From assembly GCA_036262475.1 (NCBI GenBank), contig DATAIY010000474.1:1-31743 (forward strand): a stretch of DNA of 31,743 nt, written 5' to 3'. The notes under the pieces are model-generated. The model searched no databases. It was not told the origin of the DNA and saw only the letters and a list, made by a program, of their open reading frames with translations. The stretch's first letter is position 1; each line of letters starts with the position of its first letter. The translations under genes were made by a program, and so were the position numbers. Positions 8,433 to 16,602 of the stretch are shown here, in pieces. This stretch comes from Solirubrobacterales bacterium (GTDB taxonomy: Bacteria > Actinomycetota > Thermoleophilia > Solirubrobacterales > 70-9).

Positions 8433-9092
8433 CTAGCCGATAGTCGTCGCGCTGAGCCAGTACCAGCAGGTGTTCGTGTTCTCTTTCGGAGGCCAGGCCG
8501 GTGAAGGCATCGAAGCCCTGCCCGTTTGCCGCCGAGGCGCTCACTCCCGTGGCGGCGGGGTTGTCGAACGCGAAGGGCCCGGCACTGTCAGCCCATTCGG
8601 GGCCGTTGAGTTCACGTTCTCCCTGAGGAGTCGCGGGGCCGAAGCTGCTGCTGCCGTCCTTCCAGCTGGTGAAGTTGCGCCGTCGGGTGCTGGCGGATAT
8701 GAAGGCGCGGGTCGTGATGTTGGTGTTGATCAGGGCTTCGCATTTGACGGTGATAGTGAGCGGGCCGTATGCGAGAGCGGTGGCTTCCTGGCCCAGCGAA
8801 CGGGTGCCCTTCGAGCCTTTGATCACGTCCGTCGGCGCGGAGTTTGGCGCCGTGCCGAGAGTCCCCGTGTTCACCTTGGATCCGGTGATAGCACCGTTCT
8901 TGATCTTCGCCGGGGTGACCGCGTTCTTCGTGATCTTGGCTACCGTCACCGCGTTCGCCTTCAGCTGCTCGGTCCCGACACTGCTCTTGCCGAGGTTGCT
9001 GGCGACGAGGGCCGTGGCCCTCCCGGGACAAGAAAGACCGCGATCGACGACATCGCGTTTGCGTAGGTGAGCCGCGTTTGCATCCGCTTCAT
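8433..9092 (-). pseudogene. Secreted hypothetical protein with short NAVT-xx-KI repeats, frameshifted
   Basis: SD AGGAG then MKRMQTRLTYANAMSSIAVFLVPGG. A shift at the C3 run 9018-9020 leads into ATALVASNLGKSSVGTEQLKANAVTVAKITKNAVTPAKIKNGAITGSKV. A second shift at T3 8484-8486 restores ENTNTCWYWLSATTIG*. Confidence 0.7.
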
Positions 9093-9225
9093 GAGTTCTC
9101 CTGACGATTGGCGAGACCCCTGGTTGGAGCCTCCGAACCAGCCAGGGGAGCGTCCCAGCGCCAGGCTGGGTCATCCATGGAGCGAGCCGCCTACCGAGGT
9201 GCGGTTTTCCGCCAGGAGCCAGGCG

Positions 9226-9684
9226 CTATCGATTCAGGTCCGAGCGTCCAGGGCTCCGACCCAGCTCACGTCGAAGACCGGCGGCCGCATTGTCCCCAAG
9301 CCGCTTGAAGGCAAGGCCGAAGAGTGGGTCGATGATCCGCATCGCGCCCTTCAGCGTCAGCTGCGCGTCGTAGACCATCTCGCAGCCGGAGTCGGTCGGC
9401 TCGACCGTGATCGTGTCCTCGGAGATCGTGGTCGAGTTCTCGGCCCGCAGCACCACCCGCTTCGGGCGTTCGTACGTCGTCGTCGTGTATTCGAGTGGGA
9501 TCTCGCGACCCATCCACCTGACCAGAACCTCGAACCGTGCCCCTTGGCCGGGCTCGTTGCCGCCGACCGAGCGTGCCTCGGCCGCGGTCGGGTCCCACTC
9601 GGTGACGTTCGAGAACATCGCCATGTAGTCGAAGACCTCCTCGGCGCTCTTCGGGCTGGCGATCGTGTCGCGGTAGCGGGCCAT
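9226..9684 (-). CDS. SRPBCC (START/polyketide cyclase-like) family protein
   Basis: AEEVFDYMAMFSNVTEWDP, GARFEV, YERPKRVVL. SD GAAGGAG. Start lies 1 nt after the SDR stop. Confidence 0.85.
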   Translation of the reverse strand: MARYRDTIASPKSAEEVFDYMAMFSNVTEWDPTAAEARSVGGNEPGQGARFEVLVRWMGREIPLEYTTTTYERPKRVVLRAENSTTISEDTITVEPTDSGCEMVYDAQLTLKGAMRIIDPLFGLAFKRLGDNAAAGLRRELGRSPGRSDLNR

Positions 9685-9685
9685 C

Positions 9686-10687
9686 TCAGTCTCCTTCGTC
9701 GTCGATCTGGTTTGCGGAGTCCGTGGCGGCCCCGGGCGCCAAGCCGCAGAGGCGCTCGCACTCCTCGAAGACCCTGACCCGCTGCTCCGAACTCTCGTGG
9801 GTCCACGGCACGCGGTGCTTGGGTCGCGGGCGGCGGTCGTGCCAGAACTCCCCGGTGCTCCGCGCGGCCTCTGGAGAGCCGGCGAGCCAGACAATCGTGT
9901 CGGCTCCGGCTTCGGGATCGCGAAGCAGCGGGCCCATTAACTGATTGAAACGTGGCAGCGAGGACTTGACTCCGTCGGTCGCGACCCATCCCGGATGAGT
10001 CGAATGCACGGTTATCCCGTCGCCCGCCAGCCGCTTCCCCCACTCCTCGCTGAGGATCACCTCCGCCCGCTTGGTGTGGGCGTAGAAACGGGCTCCGTCG
10101 AAGTCGTGGCGCTCGAGCTGGAGGTCGTCGACGTCGATCCGTGCCGTGTACATTCCTCCCGAGGCGACGTTGATCACCCGCGAGGGGGCGGCACGGATCA
10201 GCGCCGGCAACAGCAACGAGGTGAGCAGGAACGGGCCGAGGACATTGGTCGCGAAGGTGAGCTCGAACCCCTCCTCGGTGTGCTTCCGCTCGGAGGGGAG
10301 CACCCCGGCGTTGTTGACCAGGACGTCGAGGCTCCCGCCCGAGGCGAGGAAGCCGGAGGCGAACCCGCGCACCGAGGAGAGGCTCGAGAGGTCGCAGACA
10401 TGCAACTTGACCGCGGTGGAGCCAGACGCGCCGGCGATCCGCTCGCGAGACCGCTCGCCGCGCTCGCGGCTGCGCACGACCATCTGCACGCTGGCACCGG
10501 CCCGCGCCAACTCCGTGCAGGCCGCCTCGCCGATCCCCGAGCTCGCGCCGGTGACCATCACCGAGTGCCCGTCGAGCTCGACCGGCTCCCAGGGCTCAAG
10601 CCGCTCACGCACCTTGTAGCCGAGGCTGGTGTATCCGGGCACCACGGTCCAGTCCATCGCCTTGTCGAGAATTCGGCTGAGCCTCAA
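9686..10687 (-). CDS. Short-chain dehydrogenase/reductase (DHRS12-like)
   Basis: TGASSGIG, CDLSSL, VLVNNAG, NVASGG, YAHTK (YxxxK), HPGWVAT. TTG start overlaps the GH18 stop (TTGA). Confidence 0.9.
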   Translation of the reverse strand: MRLSRILDKAMDWTVVPGYTSLGYKVRERLEPWEPVELDGHSVMVTGASSGIGEAACTELARAGASVQMVVRSRERGERSRERIAGASGSTAVKLHVCDLSSLSSVRGFASGFLASGGSLDVLVNNAGVLPSERKHTEEGFELTFATNVLGPFLLTSLLLPALIRAAPSRVINVASGGMYTARIDVDDLQLERHDFDGARFYAHTKRAEVILSEEWGKRLAGDGITVHSTHPGWVATDGVKSSLPRFNQLMGPLLRDPEAGADTIVWLAGSPEAARSTGEFWHDRRPRPKHRVPWTHESSEQRVRVFEECERLCGLAPGAATDSANQIDDEGD

Positions 10688-11727
10688 CCGGCCCTCCCAC
10701 CCGACAGGCTCGCTCGCACTCCGATCGGGTCGGAGGAGCCGAGCCGCCAGAGGGCGACGCCCTGCAGGTGCGCGCGGCGGGCGAGGCGGAGGCGGAGGTT
10801 AAGCGAGCGGCGGTCCGACCACCAGAGGATGCCGCCACCGGGAAGGCGGGCGTGCCATTCGCCGCCGCCGGGCGACCAGCGGGCTCGGTCGCCGGCCAGG
10901 CGCCGGGACTGGGAGTCGCTGAGCGAGCGGGTGGGTTGCCCGCGGCGCCAGAGGTATCCGTAACCGGCAACGCCGAGGCGGAACTTCGACGGCGGAATCT
11001 GCCGCTCGGTGACGGCGATCGCGCGGCGAACCCAGGGGAGGCCAGCGATCGGTCCCGGCGGGCCGCCTTCGTAGTGCTGGTCGTAGGCCATCACCACGAC
11101 CCAGTTGACGATGCCGGCGATCGCGGGGACGTCGAAGGGCGCCCATTCTTCGCCCCCGGTGGAGGTCGACGCCGGGACGTCGATGTCGAGCGTGGCCGTG
11201 GCGGGCAACCGCGACCGAAGAAGGCGGAGGAAATCGACGAGGCCGGCCCGGTCGGCGGCGGCGAGCGCCTCGAGGTCGACCGTGATCCCGTCCCAGCCGA
11301 ATCCGTTCACCTCCGCGGCGAGCGCGGCGGCGACGGCTTCGCGGTGGGAGGCGCCGCGGAGCAGCCGGGCTCCTATCCGCGGTGAGAAATCGCTCAACCT
11401 GTCGTCGAAGTTGGAGACGAGCAGCTCCGCCGGCTTGCCGGCGGCGTGGGCGGCACGAAGGGCTTCGCGAGCTGCAGGGTCGACGGAGATCGAAGCGCCG
11501 TCGCGGCCGACCTCGCAGCCGTCGACGCCGATGTCGGAGAAGGCAGTGCCCTCGGATGCGATCAGGCTCGGCGCGCCGCCCGTCAGCACGTACCCGGTGA
11601 GCGCAAGCGGTTCCGCCGTGGCGACGGCCGCGGGCCCGGAAGCAGCGCCCACCGATCCGGCGAGGCCGGCCCCGAGGACCAGGGTCGAGATTGTCGCGAT
11701 CGCCAGCCGGCGAAGCCTTCGAGTCAT
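10684..11727 (-). CDS. Secreted glycoside hydrolase family 18 protein (YaaH/YdhD-like)
   Basis: Signal peptide; WDGITVDLE (DxxxxDxE); VVMAYDQH; GPIAGLPWV; LGVAGYGYLW; GVALWRLG. Confidence 0.85.
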   Translation of the reverse strand: MTRRLRRLAIATISTLVLGAGLAGSVGAASGPAAVATAEPLALTGYVLTGGAPSLIASEGTAFSDIGVDGCEVGRDGASISVDPAAREALRAAHAAGKPAELLVSNFDDRLSDFSPRIGARLLRGASHREAVAAALAAEVNGFGWDGITVDLEALAAADRAGLVDFLRLLRSRLPATATLDIDVPASTSTGGEEWAPFDVPAIAGIVNWVVVMAYDQHYEGGPPGPIAGLPWVRRAIAVTERQIPPSKFRLGVAGYGYLWRRGQPTRSLSDSQSRRLAGDRARWSPGGGEWHARLPGGGILWWSDRRSLNLRLRLARRAHLQGVALWRLGSSDPIGVRASLSGGRAG

Positions 11728-11812
11728 CGCTCGATCAGCCTACGGATCGGTCGGCGGCGGGGAATGGCGAAGAACTGAGGGGGACTTTACCGCGGTAGGG
11801 GACAATCCGAGC

Positions 11813-12664
11813 GTGTCCGAAAGCCTCAGAGAACGAGCGCCAATCGGCCTGGAGGTGTCGCCCGAGGCTCCGGAGAGCTACGGGCCGATCCACCCCGGCT
11901 CCGGTCGCCCGCCGTGGCGCAAGCGGTTCGGCCGGCTGCTCGCGCCGCTGGCGCTGCTGGCGGCGAAAGCGAAATCGCTCCTGTTCCTGCTCCCGAACCT
12001 GAAGCTGCTGGCGACCTTTGGCTCGATGGCGGTCTCGATCGCCGCCTACGGGCTGTTCTTCGGCTTCCCCTTCGCGGTCGGCTTCGTCCTGCTGCTGCTC
12101 CTGCACGAGATCGGACACGTGATCCAGATGCGGCGGGAGGGAATCAGGGCGTCGGCGCCGGTCTTCATCCCGTTCCTCGGGGCGGTGATCGCGGCCAAGT
12201 CCCTCGGCAAGGATGCCGCCGCGGAGGCTCGGGTGGGACTCGCGGGCCCGGTCGCCGGGACGATCGCCACGCTGGTCCCGCTGGGGCTGTGGCTCGCGAC
12301 CGGCGATGAATTCTGGCGGGCGCTCGCCTACATCGGGTTCGTACTCAACCTCTTCAACCTGCTGCCCGTGGTCCCGCTTGACGGCGGCCGGGCGATGGCG
12401 GCACTGAGCCCGGTGGTATGGCTGGCGGGCCTGGCGGGGCTCCTCGCTCTGGCGATCGTCTACCCGAGCCCGATCATCGTCCTGGTTCTGATCTTCGGCG
12501 CGGTCGAGAGCTGGCGCCGGTGGAAGGCTCGCGCGACGCTGGAGAGCAAGGCCTATTACGCGGTTCCCACCCGCACCCGGGCGCTGGTCGGCGTCGTCTA
12601 TCTCGGCCTCGCCGCGGCGCTCTCGGTCGGGGTGGCCGAGACCTTCATCTCGCGCAGCCTCTGA
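11813..12664 (+). CDS. Site-2 protease family (M50) membrane metalloprotease
   Basis: HEIGH zinc motif, PFLGAVI, LAGP, NLFNLLPVVPLDGGR and several TM segments. GTG start, preceded 6 nt upstream by GACAAT (possible leaderless -10). Confidence 0.9.
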   Translation: MSESLRERAPIGLEVSPEAPESYGPIHPGSGRPPWRKRFGRLLAPLALLAAKAKSLLFLLPNLKLLATFGSMAVSIAAYGLFFGFPFAVGFVLLLLLHEIGHVIQMRREGIRASAPVFIPFLGAVIAAKSLGKDAAAEARVGLAGPVAGTIATLVPLGLWLATGDEFWRALAYIGFVLNLFNLLPVVPLDGGRAMAALSPVVWLAGLAGLLALAIVYPSPIIVLVLIFGAVESWRRWKARATLESKAYYAVPTRTRALVGVVYLGLAAALSVGVAETFISRSL

Positions 12665-12719
12665 GGGCCGGCCCCGAACGCCGTCGCTACGGCTTCCCGC
12701 GCCGCCGCCCTGCGGCAGC

Positions 12720-12875
12720 GTGACGCCCTTTTCCGCACAGCCGAGACCGGAGTCGACGGCCGCCCGACAGACGGCGCCAGGCGACGAGGAGGGTCTCCGC
12801 GACGAGGTCGCCGGATCGGTGCGACGCTCGAGCGTCGTAGCCGCCGGTGCCTGCGGGGCGCGCGAATCCGAGCAT
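12720..12875 (-). pseudogene. Heavily decayed ECF sigma factor remnant (region 2)
   Basis: DLVAETLLVAWRRL (12768-12809) followed by SRLCGKGRH resembles the ECF region-2 pattern DLVAETFLVAWRR...PWLYGIARH. The flanks are degenerate. Confidence 0.5.
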
Positions 12876-12991
12876 GCCGTGATCCCCCCTCGCCCGCCTC
12901 GCCCCGCCTGGGAGCCGGTCGCGCTCGACGCCGCCCTGCATGGTCGGAGACCGCGAGCGGCGCTGGGGGTCCCTCCCCGACTCGGGTGCGT

Positions 12992-13489
12992 CTAGGTAAA
13001 GATCATCTGGCCGCCCGCCGCGAGGCCGTAGAACTCGCCCACGGTGATCACGTCCTCGACCTGGGGAATGAAGTCCTCGGTGCTCAGGCCGAAGAGATCG
13101 ACCGACGCCTTGCACGCGTAGAGGGCGCCGCCAGAGTCGGCGATCATCTCGACGAACTCGGGGATCGGAGGGATGTCGAGCTTCTCCATCTCCTGCGCCA
13201 ATTTGTGCGTGACCAGTGCCGAGACGCCCGGGACGCCACCGGCCCAGGTGGCGAGGTGCAGGCCCGGGTTGCCGACGGTCGAGACCTTGACGTGCTCGTG
13301 TTTTGCCTTGTTGATGGCGTCAAGGCCGAAGAAGGTGAAGAAGAGATTGGCCTCGATGCCCTCCATCCGGGCACCGTTGGCCATGATCAGGGCCGGATAG
13401 ATGCCCTCCAGCGAGCCCTTGGAGACAATGATCGAGACCTTCTCGATCGGCTCCGGCCTGGCAACCGTGCTCTCGTGTTGTTCGGTCAA
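12992..13489 (-). CDS. dsrE: DsrE/DsrF/DrsH-like (DsrE2/E3-type) sulfurtransferase
   Basis: VSIIVSKGSLEGIYPALIMANGA, ANLFFTFFGL, IPPIPEF, LYACKASVDLF (single Cys), VITVGEFY. SD GGAGG before TTG. Confidence 0.85.
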   Translation of the reverse strand: MTEQHESTVARPEPIEKVSIIVSKGSLEGIYPALIMANGARMEGIEANLFFTFFGLDAINKAKHEHVKVSTVGNPGLHLATWAGGVPGVSALVTHKLAQEMEKLDIPPIPEFVEMIADSGGALYACKASVDLFGLSTEDFIPQVEDVITVGEFYGLAAGGQMIFT

Positions 13490-13503
13490 CGGGTCCTCCC
13501 TGC

Positions 13504-13821
13504 CTAGATGCAGCCGCGCGGCTTGGGGATGCCGGCGATCCTGGCCGCGAGCTTCGCGGGCCCCTTTGGAAATAACTGGTAGAGCTCCTTGATCGGCACG
13601 CCCGAGGCTTTTCCGAGCGTCCGGATCGACGGGGCCGAGCCGCTATCCAGGTAGGTGTCTCGCATGAAGTTGATCACCAGCCAGTGCCGATCGGTGAGCT
13701 GGTCGATGCCGGCCTCGGCGGCAATCTCATCGGCGATCTGCTCGTTCCACTGATCGGGCTGGGCCAGGAAGCCCTCGGGGTCGACCTCGACCGCAGTGCC
13801 GGCGTAGGTGAGAGTGCTCAT
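13504..13821 (-). CDS. tusE: TusE/DsrC/DsvC family sulfur relay protein (single C-terminal Cys)
   Basis: DPEGFL..PDQWNE.IA, LTDRHWLVINFMR, LYQLFPKGPAKLAARIAGIPKPRGCI. ATGA overlap with the sqr stop. Confidence 0.92.
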   Translation of the reverse strand: MSTLTYAGTAVEVDPEGFLAQPDQWNEQIADEIAAEAGIDQLTDRHWLVINFMRDTYLDSGSAPSIRTLGKASGVPIKELYQLFPKGPAKLAARIAGIPKPRGCI

Positions 13822-15080
13822 CGTTTGTCTCCTTGTCCGCTCACGGCCGGCTGCTTGCCGGCCATCGTCATCTGTGCGCCAACGCCGAGGATGTCGCGAC
13901 CCGGCAGAAGCAGGTGCCAGTAAAGGGGCTGGAAGGCGAGCTTGCCGAGGTGGTTTATGCGCGACTCGCGCAGCAACGGAAGCGGTCCGAAGTGGGCCTC
14001 GGGATAGCGACCGGGGAGCGGCTCCACCTCGTAGTTGAAGTCGATCAGCAGCGCCTTGTGGAAGCCGCTCTCGATGAAGCAGTTGACGTGACCGTCGTAG
14101 CTGCCCTCGAGCTCCTCCCCGGCGAGGAAGCGCTCGATGTTGGCGACCAGAGTCTCGCCCTCGAAGTGCGTCGAGGAGCCAGCCTTGGAGGTCGGCAGGC
14201 TGGCGGCGTCGCCGATCGCGAAGACGTTCGGAGCAGCCTTGCTCTGCAACGTGTGGATGTCGACGGGCACGAACCCGAGCTCGTCGCCGAGTCCCGGGGA
14301 TCGGGCGACGAAGGGGGCGCCGCCGTGAAGCGGGATCGTGACCAGCAGGTCAAACGGGATCTCGCGCTCGTCCCAGCTGACCAGTCGCCCGTTCTTCCCG
14401 TCGACCCGCCCGGTTGCGAACTCAGTCTCCAGAGCGATGCCCTTCTGCTCGAACATGCCGCCGAGGTGCGCGGCCGCGACTGGCTTGGTGAAGGCGGCGT
14501 CCAGCGGCGTCGCGTAGGTGATCTCCACGTCTTCGCGCACCCCCCTCTCGCGCAGGAACCAGTCAGCGAGAAAACAGAACTCGAGCGGCGCGACCGGGCA
14601 TTTGATCGGCATGTCGATGAGGTTCACGACCAGACGCCCGCGATCGAAGGAGCGGAGCGCGTCCCGAAGCGCCACCGCGTCCTCGAGCGAGTAGAAGGAG
14701 AAGACGCGCTGACCCCAGCCGGGGGCCCTCAGCCCGTCGGTCTCCTCGTACAGCAGGGAGGCGCCGCTGGCGATCACCAGCACGTCGTAGGCAAGGGTCG
14801 ATCCGTCGCTCAGGTGGATGCTCTCGGCGGCGATCTCGACCCGATCGACCGCACCGAGGCGAAACTCGATCCCCGAGTGCAGCTGCTCGCGGCGCGAGCG
14901 AACGATGCCCTCCGGCTCCTCGAGGCCGAAGGGGACGAACAACAGGCCCGGTTGGTAGACGTGGCGGTCGTCGCGGTCGACGACGACGATCTCGGCCTCG
15001 TCTCCGTAGCGCTTGCGCAGGCGGTTCGCGGTGAGCGTTCCACCGGTCCCCCCTCCGACAATGACGATGCGGTGGCCCAT
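13818..15080 (-). CDS. sqr: Sulfide:quinone oxidoreductase-like FAD-dependent oxidoreductase (type III/SqrC-like)
   Basis: GGGTGG FAD motif, YQPGLLFVPFG, IKCPVAPLEF, VFAIGDA, SKAGS, NCFIESG, and C-terminal amphipathic KLAFQPLYWHLL. Both catalytic-position Cys are present. Confidence 0.82.
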   Translation of the reverse strand: MGHRIVIVGGGTGGTLTANRLRKRYGDEAEIVVVDRDDRHVYQPGLLFVPFGLEEPEGIVRSRREQLHSGIEFRLGAVDRVEIAAESIHLSDGSTLAYDVLVIASGASLLYEETDGLRAPGWGQRVFSFYSLEDAVALRDALRSFDRGRLVVNLIDMPIKCPVAPLEFCFLADWFLRERGVREDVEITYATPLDAAFTKPVAAAHLGGMFEQKGIALETEFATGRVDGKNGRLVSWDEREIPFDLLVTIPLHGGAPFVARSPGLGDELGFVPVDIHTLQSKAAPNVFAIGDAASLPTSKAGSSTHFEGETLVANIERFLAGEELEGSYDGHVNCFIESGFHKALLIDFNYEVEPLPGRYPEAHFGPLPLLRESRINHLGKLAFQPLYWHLLLPGRDILGVGAQMTMAGKQPAVSGQGDKR

Positions 15081-15166
15081 ACACGGGTGATTCTGCGCCT
15101 CGTCATCCATCCACGCATCCGCAGGAAACCGCAGCGCCGGCGGGGCGGGTTACGGAGGGGGCGTCT

Positions 15167-15350
15167 CGCATCGGTCCCGAGATCGACCTCCGCGTCCGGA
15201 TCTGCGCCTGACTTGGCCGCGACGACGAGCGCTGCATAGCTACAGGTCCCGCCGTCGAGCTGCCTCGTCCGAAATCAAGAGGGTCGGCTCCCCTGCCGAC
15301 TACAGGAGCTGAAGATGCCCAACGAATTCCAGCGCTACCGCGTCCTCTGA
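15167..15350 (+). pseudogene. Possible decayed 3' gene remnant
   Basis: GC3-rich pieces across frames: RIGPEIDLRVRICA*LGRDDERCIATGPAVEL / SEIKRVGSPADY / QELKMPNEFQRYRVL*. Family not recognised. Confidence 0.25.
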
Positions 15351-15378
15351 CCACTCGTCCCCGCGATGGCGATGGTGA

Positions 15379-15894
15379 GGGGTCGGCCTCGAGCACGACC
15401 TGATCGTGGTCCTCGGGCTCAGGATCGCCGTTTCCCTGCCAGAGGACCTTCGAGCCGACCTTCCAGTCGGAGTCGAGGCGGGCGCCCCAGTAGCGCTGCG
15501 TGAAGGCGGGATCGATGAGGGCGGCCCAGAGCTCCTCCGGCGTGGTCTTGATGTAGGTGACGTAGACGAATTCGGTGGGCCCCATCTGGTTCTCCCCCAG
15601 TGCGTGTTTGAGGGCGTTCAATGCCGCCGCCCTGGCGACGTCGTACTGGTCGATCCAGCGCTCAACGATCTGACCGATCGGCGCCGCGTTCAGGTGGTGC
15701 AGCTTCTGGCGCCCTCGGCGCCGCGTCGTCACCAGGCCCGCGGCCTCGAGCACCGTCAGGTGCTTGCTGACCCACTGGCGGGCCATCTCGAGCCCCTCGC
15801 AGAGCTCGCCCAAGCTCTGCCCGTTGCTCCGGTTGAGCCGGCCGAGCAGCAGGCGCCTCGACGGGTCGGCGATGGCTTTGAAGACGTCTTTCAG
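15379..15894 (-). pseudogene. ArsR/SmtB HTH-SRPBCC(AHSA1) fusion regulator, truncated at both ends
   Basis: DVFKAIADPSRRLLL...SLGELC...VSKHLTVLEAAGLV, then TEFVYVTYIKTTPEELWAALIDP.FT.RYW. Similarity stops after DQVVLEADP. No start codon before DVFKA. Confidence 0.75.
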
Positions 15895-16098
15895 GGGCTG
15901 GACCTGCTCGCCGATCTGGACGAGCGGCTGGACGGCCACCATCGCCTCCACGCGACGCGTGCCCACCTGCTGGAGATGTCAGGGGGGATGGACGCCGCGA
16001 TCGCCGACTACCGGGTCGCCGCCGATCGCACCAACAGCCTCCCCGAGCAGCATTACCTGACTGCGCAGGCGGCGCGGCTGAACGAGCGCCAGGGCTGA
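15895..16098 (+). pseudogene. 3' fragment of an ECF42-type sigma factor (TPR tail)
   Basis: GLDLLADLDERLDGHHRLHATRAHLLEMSGGMDAAIADYRVAADRTNSLPEQHYLTAQAARL* parallels the C-terminus of the full-length sigma at 18261-19436 (GLAIVDGL...[12 protein letters not shown]...AYRRAL...ERRLLERRL). Confidence 0.7.
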
Positions 16099-16117
16099 TT
16101 CCGGCTTCTGCTGGCAA

Positions 16118-16147
16118 GCTGTCGAATTCGCCGCTTCCCGTTCGTCT
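16118..16147 (+). promoter_or_regulatory. ECF42-type promoter (TGTCGAA-N16-CGTC)
   Basis: GCTGTCGAATTCG-ccgcttcccg-TTCGTCT. Both boxes and the spacing match the element at 17842. Lies 32 nt upstream of ATG 16180. Confidence 0.75.
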
Positions 16148-16179
16148 GAAGGGAGACCGCTCCAGAGGAAGGGTGACCG

Positions 16180-16599
16180 ATGCTCTCCGTCAACAGCTAT
16201 CCCCATGAGTACGTCGAGGAATGCCGCGCGAAGATCGCCCGGCAGACCTCCGCCTACGAGAAGCTGTCCGCCGGGGCGAGCGGCACCCCAGCGGAGTCCG
16301 CGCTGGCGGAGTTCGAACCGCTTTTCTTCAACCACATGGTCCTGGCGCTGGACCATTACTTCCTCCATCGCGCCCGTGGCATGGAGGGCAAGGATGGAAA
16401 TCCTCTCAACGAGGTCCGGGTTCTCTGCGATTCGCTGATGGAGAACGACGGCAAGCTGGCCGCCAACAAGACGATCAAGCTCGACCCCGCCAAGTCGCTG
16501 CTTCAGTACGGGGCCGGCGATGAGATCGCCATCGACGAAGCGAACTTCAACCTCCTGTCGAAGGCCTTCCTCGACGAAATCGAGAGCAAGTACCCCTAG
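16180..16599 (+). CDS. Conserved-looking actinobacterial hypothetical protein
   Basis: 139-aa ORF with SD GAGGAAGG and clean GC3 bias. Motifs FFNHMVLALDHYFLHR, EGKDGNPLNEVRVLC, KTIKL. Confidence 0.85.
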   Translation: MLSVNSYPHEYVEECRAKIARQTSAYEKLSAGASGTPAESALAEFEPLFFNHMVLALDHYFLHRARGMEGKDGNPLNEVRVLCDSLMENDGKLAANKTIKLDPAKSLLQYGAGDEIAIDEANFNLLSKAFLDEIESKYP

Positions 16600-16602
16600 C
16601 AG

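Noticed and set aside
9093-9225. Two hairpins upstream of the secreted-protein gene as a riboswitch
   Set aside because: No match to riboswitch consensus motifs I know; GC-rich hairpins are common. An Infernal/Rfam scan would settle it.
13504-13821. DsrC as evidence of dissimilatory sulfate reduction or reverse-Dsr oxidation
   Set aside because: The second Cys is missing and there is no dsrAB or dsrMKJOP in the window.
15103-15966. ArsR protein as a SqrR/BigR-type persulfide sensor for sqr
   Set aside because: It is a truncated ArsR-AHSA1 fusion with one Cys in the HTH part, lacking the two-Cys arrangement. The 287-aa ORF call joins unrelated fragments.
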